A stretch of 64,000 nt of DNA from Lama glama (taxonomy: Eukaryota): assembly GCA_028534125.1 (NCBI GenBank), contig CM052816.1, positions 13,022,001 through 13,086,000 of the forward strand, written 5' to 3'. The notes beneath the pieces were generated by a model. The model made no database searches. It was given only the letters and a program-made list of their open reading frames with translations, and was not told the DNA's origin. Below are positions 37,526 through 50,229 of the stretch, in pieces (within the stretch, counting starts at the first letter, position 1; each line of letters begins with the position of its first letter). The translations under genes and the position numbers were made by a program.

Positions 37526-37805
37526 CTTTTTCTCCTTTTTCAGTTTTATTAGGTAGAATTATTACAGTTCGACTGCACATACACCTTATATTGCATGTAA
37601 ATACATATATACAATATACTGCACTTTTTTTTAGTTTACATATACGTGCTGATTATTGTTTCTAAGAACAGATTAGATCTTCAGCTTTTTAAACTTACGT
37701 AGTTATCAAAGGAATAAAGCCAACTACAAAATAAGAATCAACAGAATGCGGTGATCCAATCATAAAGGGCAGTCAGATGTGCTTACACATATTCAAGAAA
37801 TCAAA
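37526..37805 (-). pseudogene. Possible retroposed mRNA 3'-UTR fragment, parent not identified
   Basis: Minus strand ends 'cctAATAAAactg' followed by a decayed A tail 'aaaaaggagaaaaa'; no TSD seen. Confidence 0.35.
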
Positions 37806-38990
37806 ATAATAATTAGTTCATTTGTGTCCTTATTGTTGTTGTTACTATTTTTTAGATGTTTTTAAGAAAATCTTAAGTGGTATGTCCTCACTAATCTCAA
37901 AATCTCCCCAAATAAGGCAGGCACACCACTCAACTGGTATTTGCTTTTTACTAAGTGCTAAAACTTTGGATCGGTCAGAGAATTTTCCCTCCTAAATGGG
38001 TAGGAATGTCAAAGCTGAATTGGAATACTGCATTGATTTCAGTGCCCATCGAGCAAGCAATGAACAGAAAATGCTGAAGCAAACATCCCTCTTCCCAGGA
38101 TAGAGTGAAGAAGAACTGATCATTGCAGAGGCAGGGCACATCCACTAGGGTCTTCCGACATCAAGTCCACAAGGCGGCATCCATTCCAACAGCTCTTTTA
38201 AAAGAGCCGAGATACCCAGGAGATGAGAAACAAGTACACGTTCCAGTCCTTTCATAGAGGACGAGAGAGCAGCTGGGAAATACTAGACCAGGAAGTTGGA
38301 CTTTGATAATATGTGAGGATCACAAGAGATGGATGAGGGAGGAGACCACGGCGCACACGGTCCAGGCTGGCCGTTACCCTACAGGAGGGCACAGCCTCTG
38401 AGAGCTTTGGTGGCCACTTCCTTAGAAGATGAAGCATGAAAAGAAGTGCTTAACATCAAAGATCCTCAAAAATGGGGATTTTAAAACCTCCTAAAATCTG
38501 AAATCACTATCTACAAGATAATGGCATGTTTAGGTCTTGACTTTAACTGTTAATGGCTAAGGATTCAGAAAAAAAGGAGAGACTGACCCTCAGTCAGTGG
38601 CAACTTGTTTCTAAGGCACTTGAAAGCTCTTGAAGAAGCCCTTTTGAACGGTCTTAAATTTATTAAGTTGTCACTGACAGAGCTTTTTTCCAACACCTGA
38701 CAGCTAGGATCCTGCTCTGGTTGGGGTAGAAGTTTTGCATGTCGTTTTTTTATCGTTCACTTCATCCGGGCGCTGTGTAAACATTTTGACCAAACCAAAT
38801 TTGTTGTCGATGCTGGGAAATGCCTCTTGCCTCCTGCTCTGACAGGAAGTCACCACGGTTGGTTGAGTTAATAGATTTCTTTAAAGTTCCTTTGAAACAC
38901 AGCGCTGGGAGTCTGGCTATGCTTACCCCTCTTTTTAAGAGGGAGACTCACTTTTCAATGGTCACGTTCAGGCACATTTAGCAGATGCCT

Positions 38991-39024
38991 GCCGTGGGCT
39001 GGATCAGCCGTGGGCTGGATCAGC
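38991..39024. repeat. Perfect 16-bp tandem duplication
   Basis: GCCGTGGGCTGGATCA twice, plus GC. Confidence 0.9.
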
Positions 39025-40219
39025 TGCATGCAGGAGGGCGTGCTCCCCGGCGGGAGGAGTCAGGGTGTACGTGGCACCTGGGGTGTCTGCTTGTGGTTAA
39101 CAGTTGGTTAAGTGCAGAATTCGTGGAATTGCATCCCCACCCCCTCCTGAACAACAAAGGCAAAAGAGACACAGTGAAGTGGAGCCTTGCTTTGAGTTAA
39201 ATGCAAAATTGATTGAAAGAGTGAGCTTTTCCAGGATCTACTTCAAGCAAAAGAAATAACCATGAAAATCTAGTTGCTTCCAAAATGTTCAGACCCAGGA
39301 AGTGCTACTTCAGGGTAGAGCTGCCTCCCTGAGGTGATAAAGATGCAGGGAGGTGTCCAAGTTGTTCTTTGTTCAATGCCCCAAATACGTTTTATTCCTG
39401 AGAAAATAAAGACAATAAACCAACTACAGAAGAAATATCAAAGACTGCCCTTTAGCTGGTCAGTTAAAGTCCTTGCTGGCTCTTCTTCTGTCTCTCACTG
39501 AAAAAAGATTTAGGGGCAAGAGAAATTAATTAAAATAGATTTTCTCTGGATTCTGTATCAATACTGTCGGAAAATGGGAAACTAACGTGTGGAATTCTGG
39601 GTCATCCTCTAGTCTGAAATTGTGAAACCGTGAGTTCTGTAATGGCAGGGATCTCTGTGTGTATTATTCCAGTCAAAGGCGCCTGGCACCTATTAGGTGC
39701 TCAATAAATATTTTTGAATGAAACAAGAGATGTTCCTGCTTGCATTTAAAAAAAAAAAGAATTTCTGGAAATGTGTGTAAGAAATAGCCTTTACCTCTTA
39801 GAAGAAGTAATAGGAGGGAAATATTTTACTTTTTTAATCTTTTTTCATGTTCAAATGTTTTTATTGTGAGTTTCAGTCCCCTTTATAACTAGGGTGAAAG
39901 ATTAGCTAAAATTAAACCACTCTTGGGGTCCCTTTGAGAAATGGCTTTAACGAAGCAATCAAGAAGCTCTTTCCCCTTAAGCTTGTACAGCGACCTTGTC
40001 GAGTGCCCTCCGGGGGCTGAGTTCAGAAACACCTCGTGCAGCCTTTGAGTGAGGCCCAGGGGCGTTTGTGACCAGGTTTATGGTTCCCAGTCCCCAACAG
40101 AATACTGAAGAGAGCTACTTTGAAAGACATTTTGGAGCTAGATAGATCTGTTAGAGAAACAAAATAAGAGACTTAAGACATTTGGCACAAAGAGTGGGAA
40201 ATCTCAAGGCAGTTGGCCT

Positions 40220-40400
40220 GAGTTGCAGCCTTGCTGTGCAATTAATCTTGATCTGTTGATCTTGCTGGGTCTCAGTTTTCTCATCTGTGAAATAGGAAAG
40301 GTATTAATACTCATTTCTTAAGGTTGCTATAAAGATAGGAGGAGTGAATACTTTAAGGCACCTAGAGGGCTGCCTGACTCAGTATGATGTACACTCCATG
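40220..40400 (+). mobile_element. MIR SINE
   Basis: 'ctgggtctcagttttctcatctgtgaaatagga...aaggttgctataaagat'. Confidence 0.75.
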
Positions 40401-41743
40401 TGCATCAGCATTTATGAGTGTCCAGGACCACAGGAGCAATAAGGTTTTAAAAAACACAGGGCATGTGGATGTAAATTCATATGCATCAGCCTGTCTGGGT
40501 TCTTTTATACGAATACAGAAATCCCTTTTTCTTTCTTTTTGTACATATTAAATTGTTCTCAACTTGACGTAGGTACAATTTTATTTTCAACTGGTAGATA
40601 TAAGGACAGCCCCAAAGGAGAAAAATAAAAGATCTGCTGGTGACATGAGAGTCGTTGCATATAAGCGATTATTGAAATGTCTTCTCATTTTCCCTCCAAG
40701 CAGACACACTGAAGAAGAAAATCAGGAAAGCAGGTACCCAAACATGAAAAACGTGGCTGTATTTCCATTGCACAAAGGACTGGGGCTGTGTTTTGCGAAC
40801 ACGCCTCTGTTTGTTCACTGAAAGACAGATAATAATATAGATTTCAAAAGAAACTGTGGCGCTTACTCTGAATGTGGGTGGCTGAGTTGACTTCAGAGCA
40901 TCAAGCTTCAGTTTCTATAATCTGCCCACTTCGAGTGATTTGAAGCGTGATTTGAAATCCTCGCTCAGTTTCCGTGATGGTCTCCTAAGGGAGGCACCTA
41001 AAGGCCAGGTGGGTTTGTCCACTCCTCTTGCTGAAGCAAACCGTCGTTGGCTTCAGTGTCTCCCCTGTTTCTTGTCCATTACATATGCTTTCCCTGCCTG
41101 GCTTTCCCCCACAGGCAGCACACCCCGGACGGGTTTTTGATTCGTCCTTCCCCTCCCTTCCCGGTAAAAAGCAGCTACTAGATTCAAAGTAAAATAAAGA
41201 TTATGGGTCAGATCAATCCAAGCGACTTGAAAGCCAATCTCCTCCCCCCAGATCTTCATCGGGTAACAATTTTGTTTTTCTGCTTTGGCTGTTTTCATTG
41301 GGTGCTAATCAGAAACACATTTCTATTGTTGCTTAGTCTTGGAATGTTTTTTAAATCTTGGGATTTTCTTCTCTGCACCTCTCATCACTGATTTTTATTT
41401 TTTTTAACATGAAAAGATCTGGCTTTTCTTTTATTGCTTTCAAATAGAGAGTATAGAGCGGTGCTTGTACTATGATATGAGACATAGAAGAATTAAAATT
41501 ACCTGGTAGGTCCATACTCCCATCTCGTCTCCTTCCCTGTCTCCTGCCCCTTGCTCCCTGGGGCTGCCTCCTGTCTCCAGTCTGCCCAGCACTGAGGTAC
41601 AGCCACAGATCCCCCAAGTCCACACAAGTTGAATCTACCCTTTGACACGCAGCTCCTGCTGCCGCACGGTGACTAACAACCAGTGCATCCACCTGACCGC
41701 TGCCCCAGAGAGGAAGGGGGCAGGACTGTCGGCGTGCAGGGCA

Positions 41744-41763
41744 AGACTTGCTCAAGCAAGCCA
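41744..41763. promoter_or_regulatory. p53/p63-family response element match
   Basis: AGACTTGCTC plus AAGCAAGCCA with no spacer; 19 of 20 positions fit (RRRCWWGYYY)2. Confidence 0.5.
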
Positions 41764-41899
41764 CAGAGAGATGCCACCTGCACCCAGGTGGAGAAGGTGA
41801 CTTGTCCCAAAGTTAATCTTTGCCTCTCAATGAAAATGTTAGATGGCCCCATGAAACCAGAGACCCTTGGACCTTCAGCCTCAAAAGGAATTAAGCAAC

Positions 41900-42085
41900 A
41901 GCACCTACCACCTGAGTACTTTTTGTGAACCAGGTACTTTCTCAACACTCCACATGGATTAATTCATTCAATCCTCACAACAGCCCTATGAGGTAGGAGT
42001 TGTTATTACCCCCATTTTACAGATAAGGAAACTGAGGCTCAGAGACATTGAGTAAGCCTGTCCGAGATTACAGGATAATCATCCA
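41900..42085 (-). mobile_element. MIR SINE, well preserved
   Basis: 'aatcctcacaacagccctatgaggtagg...attacccccattttacagataaggaaactgaggctcagaga'. Confidence 0.9.
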
Positions 42086-42849
42086 AGGCCCTGAGAGACT
42101 AAGGAACTAGCCCACAGTGGAAAATAAGGCCTCTCCTCAGTCTCTTCTGATGTGGTCCACCCGTGTCCCCCACCCACACCCCCCACTCGAGCGAGGTGGG
42201 CACCTCGTGCTCCCACCGGCCCCTGCACACGCGGCTTTCCCAGCATCTTGCCTGCTTTGCTCTTGTCTATTTGTGCTGGGTCTCTCCCTGCTGGTCCCTG
42301 GGTGGGGGGGTGCCTGTCATACTGATCCCCATGCTCCCAGCGCCTCGCGTATCCCTGGTGTGTTATCCCACTGCAGGTGTTTTTCTTCTCTTCTATTAAT
42401 TCTGATCAATTCACAGCAACTACCAGTAACGCTGTGTTAAGAATGCTTCTGAGGAAGCCTCTTCCATCATTGGGGTAGGAGTGATGGGACTGATAAGCAT
42501 GGCTGTCCTGGGAGAGGGAGTGGCAGTACATATATCTACCGCCCATCTGCTGTCCCTGATTTAGGGACCCTTCTAGGGTACAGAATAGCACACGCTCAAT
42601 ACATTTGGTTATGTTGTAGCTAAGTGAGTGTTCTGACTTTGTTCCAGCATCCTCTGGACCCAAGAATGTTTCACCCATTGACCCCAGGGCTTCCAGAAGT
42701 ACTGCCGGAACTTGCGACTCCAACTGCATCATCTAAGGGGAGTGGGGATCACCATTCTTACAAATCCTTTTGATTATGATAGTCAGTCTCTGGAAATCCC
42801 ACCAAACCATAGCGTATCAGAGAAGACCAAGGCTATGGGCAGAGATTTG

Positions 42850-43630
42850 AGAGTCTCTGTGCATGGGTGAGTTTAGATGCCTGGGTAGGAGATGAGTGCA
42901 GAGGAGGCAGATCCCCAGGGAGAGTGTTAGGCAGACAAGAGGATATCTGGGAGAGTCGTGTCAGGAAAGTCAAGGGGATGAGACAGCTTTAAGACAGAGG
43001 TGCCCTGTGGCTGTGACACTACTAGCTGTGAGCCTTGGGAAAGCTATGTACTGTCTCTGGGATTCATGTGTAAAATGAAAAATAAGGGTCTTCAACTGCT
43101 GTGAGAATTGAAAGAGAATAGAGCTTAGAACAGTACCTAGGTGCGAAGGGCGTGCTTAAGTAACAATTATGGAGTTACTTCAGTCATGTCAGCCTGTAAA
43201 AAGTAAAGGGATGGGTGGGCAGCGGGGACTCAGGTCCTGCTGGATCCAGGTGCACATACTAGACATTTGGCTCTGCATAGACAGAGATGCTACAGAAGAT
43301 GAAGATGGAGGGAAGGGACAGACATTGTAGATCCCATTATGATTCTATTCCAAGCTTTATTCTCTTCTAGGGAGGTCTCCCCCATACCCCATCAATCAGT
43401 GTCAACCTCATCATCCTAGTTTTTTTTTTTCCCTAGTGCTTGACACTTGCAGACATTGTCTTGTTCATTTATTTGTTTATTATCTTCCCCACCATCACCC
43501 CACTTCACCCAAGAATGTAAATTCCCTGAGAGCAGCATCTTGACTGTCTTATCCAAGACAGCCTGTATCTGCATAGCCTAGGATTGTCCCTGACCGCTGC
43601 TCGATAAATATTTGTTAAATGAATGGTTGA
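42850..43630. mobile_element. L2 (-, about 42850-43000), MIR (+, about 43005-43165), L2 3' end (+, about 43360-43630)
   Basis: 'agatttgagagtctctgtgcatgg', 'actagctgtgagccttgggaaag...tgtaaaatga', 'agaatgtaaattccctgagagcag...ataaatatttgttaaatgaat'. Confidence 0.65.
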
Positions 43631-45049
43631 ATTAATGCCGTATGTCCTCAGTCACACCTAAAGGTGATTTGTGCTCATTTGCCAGCTGACAAAGAGTCCA
43701 GGAGTAGGGGAAACACTGACAAACAGGATGGCAAGAATTATTAGAAGCCCAGGATCAAAAGCACAGGTGGAGGGATGAGAGTGGAAAGGACAGAGACTAT
43801 TTCTTGCCCTGGATATCGAGTTTCATCTAGAACTGACTGACATCCTTCTAGCTTTCCCTCCCAGACAGCTGGGCTCTGATACTCGTGTGACTCGGCACAT
43901 GCTGTAATTAATCATTTTTATAAAATAGCTCAGAGGATTACATCTAGCAAGTAGCCATCCAGCCTCATTATGGTCCTCACAGCCTTGCCTCTGCGTGTCG
44001 GTCTACTCCCTAAAATAAACAGACCTTGTCTAACTCATTTAGCAATTCCAAACGATGCAGGAGTGGCTTATGTGAACCCTGTTTAGAAAGCTGCAGGCAC
44101 ATATGGAAAGAAGTCTTTGGCTAAGATACAACAGCTTATCTAAATATAGTCAGCAAATGAGTCCTCGAAACTCCAGAAAGGGTCTAACAGAAAGGAAAAT
44201 TTCCCCCTTTGGGTAAGAAGTTACGGCTAGGGAAAGACTATCACCAAGGAGAGAATTTCCCTGACTTCCAAGCTTTAACACCAGTTAAATACACTCTATG
44301 AAATTCAGCATTGTGCCTGAAATGACGGCTACACAGTTTGCTCTGCGTTTTAATGTGTACATGTAAGGATAATGCGTTTCTTATGACAGTTGTCCTTAAG
44401 TATAATTATTTATCTTTGGAAAGGAACCTCACTGGAACACCTGGCAAAGATAAAATTTAGGTCTTTATGACCATTGGTGCAGAAATGCATACAATTCTGG
44501 GGTTCACAGCAAAGTGCATGATAAACAGTAAAGCTAAAACTACAAAAATGACCAAAAGATAGTTCTCCAGACTTTGGCAATGCTAAAAAAATATAAGTTG
44601 AATTTCGTTTTGAGTGTAATTATCGGTTTTGAGTGTAAAATCAGATAATTTGATCAACAATAAAAACACCATGTTTTCTCAAACATTGGAAGAAAAGTTC
44701 ATCCAGTTGAGATAAAAAAGTTTCTCTAAAGACATTGCAACCCCATTAGGAGCTTTGAGTCACATCTAATGCAGAGGACTCCATTTGCCTTTTTTGTGTT
44801 GTAATATTACATTTCTTGTATTTTTAAAATGGGCAACACCATATAGACGAAACACAAGAGATAATTTTCACTGTCTGCATTTCTTTATTTCCAATAAACA
44901 TTTGTTAAATTAATTCAACTTTGAATGAATGCTCTGTATCCTCAGCCCCAGTTAGTGAGCTCATTTGTCAGCAGGGAGACTCCAGGAGTAAGGAAAAGCT
45001 AAACAATGCTGGAAAGCAAGAATCACTGGGAACCCTCATTCCCCATGTT

Positions 45050-45570
45050 TACACTTGTTCCTTCAACCAACACTTGTCAAGCTTCTATCCTGTGTTAGGC
45101 ATTTTTACAGACAGTGGAGATAGAGCGGTGACCATGATGAAGACTCTGCCCTCCTGGATAAGCTCATCTGGAGAGAAGGCAGAGAGAGAAGAGGGGAGAT
45201 CAGAGGGCAGAGCCCTGGAACACACATCGAATCTGACAGTAGGGAAAACGAGGCAAAGGGGCTAAGAGTGCCTTGTCTGATAGAAGGGGAACACGGGAGC
45301 TTGCATCATGAAAGCTTGCAAGGTCACGTCTCCAGGAAGGAAGGCATGACCAGTCAGGGCCACTGCCATAGCAGGAGACCATGCACAGTGAAGACAAAGA
45401 ATGGGTTCCTGGACTTGGCAAGATTTCAGTCAGTAAGAACATTGAAAGAGCCAATTCATTGGAGCAGATAGGGACAAAAGCCATCTAAAGAAGGATGAGG
45501 CCAGACCTGGGAGGTAAGAAAGCAGAAGCACTATGTTTACACAGCTCTTTTAAGGAGTTCTGATATAAAA
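45050..45570 (-). mobile_element. L2
   Basis: 'ttcaaccaaacacttgtcaagcttctatcctgtgttaggca'-like start and 'ctcttttaaggagtt' end. Confidence 0.6.
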
Positions 45571-46159
45571 ATAAAGCTAGCTTGGGAACATAATGAGTCC
45601 ATTTCAGAAGACAGTAAGTCACAAAGGCAGTGGTAAAACTGGAGACCCAGTGCACCCCTGCCCAACTCCGCTTCTGCCATCAGAAATCAAAGCCCAGAGA
45701 GGCAGATCTCCAGCTTTTAAAGAAAATCAAGAAGGCTGTGTTTTTCAAAAATCTCCCAAATGTTCGTGCTGACTCAATTTATTTTAAAAATTCATTGTGA
45801 CAATCAAACATACCACATCTGCAGGCCAGATGGTTCAACAGATGAAAACCCCTGATCTTCATGATCAGAGCAGGGATGGAGGGAGGGTGCCTGTCTTCTG
45901 CGCTCTATTCCACCTCTATTCTCTTTCTGAGCAATAGTCACCTCACATACTGACCTTTTCTTATTCTGTTCTAAAGTAGAAAAATTTTTCATGGTTTCAT
46001 TTTTGTCTAAGTGATAACCAAATTACTGCTTTTAGCTTTTCCCAATTAAATTGATGAGTTGCTTTGATCCATTATTTATTTTTTATTTTATTCTATTTAT
46101 ATCATTGTTTATTAAACCAGCAATAAACAAGTAGAAAACTTAAAAAGCAATAACATTGA

Positions 46160-46761
46160 CCTATTTTGTTCTTCTTTGTGGCAAGAGCAACCAAGATCTA
46201 CCCTCTTGACAAATTTCAGGTACGCAATACAATATCGTGGACTGCAGTCACTTAGCTGCACACCAGTTCTCCAGAACTTACTCAACTTGCATAACTGAAA
46301 GTTTGTACACCTTGACCAACATTTCCCTATTTCTCCCCTGCCTCAGCCCCTGGAAACCACCTTTCTACTCTCTTATTTCTGTGAGTCTATTTTAGATTCC
46401 ACATATAAGTGAGATTGTGCAGTATTTTTTCTTCTATAACAGGCTTATTTCACTTAGGAACTCAAGGTTCCTTCACTTATGCTGTCACAAGTCACAAGAC
46501 TTCCTTCTTTTCAGGACTGAATAATATTCCATTGTGTTTATGTGTGTGTCCATGAGTATATGTGTGTGTATCTCATGTTTTCTTTATTCATTCATCAGCA
46601 GATGGGCACTTAGATTATTTCCTTATCTTGGCTATTATAAATACGTTATGAATATTTCACAAATGTATACATATACCAGGTCATCAGGTCACCCATCTTA
46701 AATATATATGATTTCTTATAATCTCTTATTGTCAATAATCCCCCAGTAAAGCTAGGGGGAA
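46160..46761. mobile_element. L1MA-type 3' end with inversion (antisense about 46160-46643, sense about 46654-46761)
   Basis: Antisense 'aagatctaccctcttgacaaatttcagg...tagattccacatataagtgagat' joined to the sense terminus 'atttcacaaatgtatacatat...ttgtcaataatcccccagtaaagctagggg'. Confidence 0.7.
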
Positions 46762-46929
46762 GATCCTGGTGGAAAATCATCTGAAGCACACATATACACT
46801 CTATGTGGATGAGGGGACCAAAGAAACTGCATGTCTGGGGAGCTGCTGTGCATTCTAACAAATTAAAGATGCTCTGCTCTTATACTGCATGCCCTGCACC
46901 ATTCCATAAAGCTAAATAAATGTAGCATT

Positions 46930-48612
46930 AGATTAAAATAAAAAGTAATAACATCTACCATAGCTGCAAATAAAACACCAAAGACCAAAGTATAAATCTA
47001 ACAAAATATGGGCAAAATCTCTACATATAGTAACTGGCAAAACATTATTAGGAGAAAGTAAGGATGATATTAAATAAATGAAAATATATTTCATGTTCAG
47101 CGATTGGAAGATACAATATATAAATATTATCACTTCTCTCCCAATTGATCTATTGACTCAGTAGCTGGCCTTTAGGCAGGCAGTCCCAACCAAAATTCCA
47201 GAAGATTTTTCTAATGGAAATTGAGATTCTAAAATTTAAATGGAAATGCCAAGAACACTGAGATAACATTGAAGAAGAAGAAGGTTGGGTATCAGAATTC
47301 ACTGCAAAGCTACAATAGTTAAGACTCTGTGGTACAGGCGCTGGAATAGACAAACAGTGGAACAGAATAGAGAATACAGGAATTGACCCATGCATCAGTC
47401 ACCTGAATTATAACAAAAATTCATGGCCTTTTCATGGTGCTGGGAAAATTAGATATTGAATTTTGACCCCACCATATGTAAAAATTAATCTAGTTATATT
47501 TTAGAGCTAAGCATGAAAGACAAAACAGTAAAATGTCTATAAGAAAACATAGGAGAATGTATCTTCATGATCTGGAGGTAGTCAAATATTTTTAAACAAG
47601 ACACAAAAAGCATAAAAGTGCCATAAAAGAAAAGAATGATTCATTGGATCACGTGAAAGTAAATTCTGTTTATCAAAAACTACCAGTAAGAGAGTGAAAA
47701 GGAAAGCCACTGAGTGGGAAAATATATTTGCAATACCTCTATCTGAACAAAGGACTCATATCCAAAACACATGCGGAACTCCTTCAAGGAGAAAAGGGAT
47801 TGAGAACCCAATTAGAAGGAAAAAAATGAGCAAAAGATTGAAAGGACAATTCACAGGAGGATGCTCATATTACCAAAAACATACAAAAATAGACGATCAA
47901 CATTGTTGGTTATCAGAGAAATGCAAATTAAAGCCACAGTGAGATACCACCACAGACCCACCAGAAAGGCTACAGTGTAAACGCCTGGTAATTCCAAGTT
48001 GCTGCCAACATGAGAAGCAACTGAAACTCATGTACTTTTGAAAAGAATGTAAATTAGTAAACTTTGAAAACTTTGGTAGGAACTAATGTCAAATGTGTGC
48101 ACTGGGAGCTTACTCACATCCCAACAATTTCTCTAGGACTATTCCCGACAGAAATTTTTATATGTGTGCCAAAAGACATAGTCAAAAGCATTAATAGCAA
48201 TATTATTCTTAAGAGCCCAAAACCCAAATATCCATCAACAGAAAAATGAATCAACTTTGGTATATCCGTATAATGTAATGCTATTTGGCAAGAGAATGAA
48301 CAGATTTAATACATTCAAGGATACAGATGAATCCCTCAAGCATAATATTGAGCAAAAGAAGCCAAGTGCAAGTGAATGCATTCTATGTAATTCTATCTAC
48401 GTAAAGTCCAAAATCTGGCAAAACTTATCTATGGTGACTGAAGTCAGGATGGTGTTGATCTTTTAAGAGTAGTGACTGGAAGGGGGCTTGAGGGTCTGCT
48501 GGGGTGCCAGTAATATTCCCTGATCTTGGTGTTGGTGTTCATGTCATGAAAATTCACGATGCTGTGCACTTATGTTCTGTGCACTTTCCTGTATGTATGT
48601 TTCCCTTCAGTA
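46930..48612 (+). mobile_element. Ancient L1ME-type element, ORF2 C-terminal half and 3' UTR
   Basis: Decayed ORF2 (KRKATEWENIFA in track ORF 47694-47942; 'gaaatgcaaattaaagccacagtgagataccac') and 3' UTR 'gtgactggaagggg...gtgcacttatgttctgtgcact'. Confidence 0.9.
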
Positions 48613-48629
48613 AACAGTTTTCTTTTAGT

Positions 48630-49105
48630 GGTACTTCCTGAGCATCTGTGATGCATCAGACATCATAAAGGTAGGGGACATGGTGGTAAACAAGAGGAAC
48701 GTGGGCTCTGACCTCATGGGACTCAGTCCAATGAGGGATTAAATGAGCTAGCTAGCTGTTTTTTCCTTTGTGTAGAAGCTCAGAGATAGACGTACATAAA
48801 ACCAAAATATAGTGGCTCTTTCTTCATTGCGGTGTTTGTAAGAGATTCTGAACCTTCACATTCCATGAGACTGAATGCACCACTTCCTCTTCACCCAACA
48901 TCCCTCCTCCCTCCCCTGAGCTGTAAGTTCCTACTCATATCTATATCCTTTAAGATATTACATTATTTTTCATTTTTTCATTCAGTCCACTAGACTGAAC
49001 TTCTTGAGGGCAGGTAAATGCTCTCACCATCCTTTAATCTTCATGCCTAGCGAGCGTTTGACCAACGGTAGATGTGCTATAATAAACGTTAGCCAGATGG
49101 ATAGA
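48630..49105. mobile_element. Two L2 fragments (-, about 48630-48740; +, about 48860-49105)
   Basis: 'ctgagcatctgtgatgcatcagacatc' and 'ccactagactgaacttcttgagggcagg'. Confidence 0.6.
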
Positions 49106-49538
49106 TGGCTATGACAGCTTCTATGTGGGATTCTTATATTCTTTCATTTCACTTCTGGTGTCTCTTAAAAATGTATTTAAACAACAATCCTTTAGTCAGT
49201 TCCTGGTATGTCAATGGATTGACGACTGAGAAAAAAGAATAACTTCTGGTGATACAAACTGTTCCATTCTCACAATTTCATCGCAGTTCTGTATGTGATA
49301 GTTGAGTTGTCTCAGACACCAAGTGACTCCAAACTATGTGAACTGATTCGCCCCAGTAAAGTCAAGCTACTAAATATGTCTAAAGTAAGTACATTCTTAG
49401 AGTACTCAAAATGTTCTTTTTTGTAACCAGTATTTCCATATTACAAGTTCCTCAACGTGAACTTTCCTAGCAAAATAAATCGGTGGCATGACACAGAAGA
49501 GTGAATTAGTGACTTGGCAATTAAAAGTAGTGTCTTCA

Positions 49539-49551
49539 GTAACCTAGCAAC
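49539..49551. promoter_or_regulatory. RFX X-box motif
   Basis: GTAACCTAGCAAC matches the X-box consensus. Confidence 0.45.
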
Positions 49552-49609
49552 GCAGCCCCTCGAGCTTGCCCAAAACATCTAGTAAATAGTCTTGTTAGGG
49601 ATACCTTTT

Positions 49610-50115
49610 GGAGTGTCTTCCCACCGTAGCTTTCCTTACCCTCAGTTGGAATGGGCCCTCAGCAGTCATTTGTTACTACAGGGCTCCATCCCACTGGCCA
49701 CTGTTGACTAGACAAGGGTCGGACACTGGGCACAAGCTGAGCTAATCAAAGACTCTTCTAGAAAGCACGAAATTAGGACCAAAGGGACGAGACTTAGTCT
49801 CTCCACTTGAGTAGTCTCATAACATTTGGATCTGAGAACCATGGCCCACCAGGTTCTGCCAGGAGGACTCGGGGGCAGCAAAAGCAGGTCTCAGAGAATA
49901 AGAATGAAATAGACATGTGGGGAGAAACAGAGGCAAGAGATGGAGAGAGGCTGTGGCTTGAGTTCACAATGGTTTTTCCACTTCCAGATATTTCTGAGAC
50001 CTGGCTGTGCTTCCTGCCATGTGGTCCATGGGGTTCCAGAAGACTCTGTCATGAAAAGATACTCCTTTATGCATTGTTGAGTTGGTTTTCTTGTAACTTG
50101 AAACCAGGTTGTCCT
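49610..50115 (+). mobile_element. ERVL LTR remnant (LTR16/LTR33-like)
   Basis: 'ccactggccactgttgactag...caagctgagctaatcaaagactctt' and 3' end 'ttgagttggttttcttgtaacttgaaacca'. Confidence 0.6.
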
Positions 50116-50229
50116 AAGTAATATGTTTTCAGTCTGTTGTCTTGGAAGGGGGCACTAATGGCTTCCAAATCGTCCATTAGGCTAATAATCTAGTTAAAAC
50201 TAAATTTGATTTATGTATGGTAAGACTTA

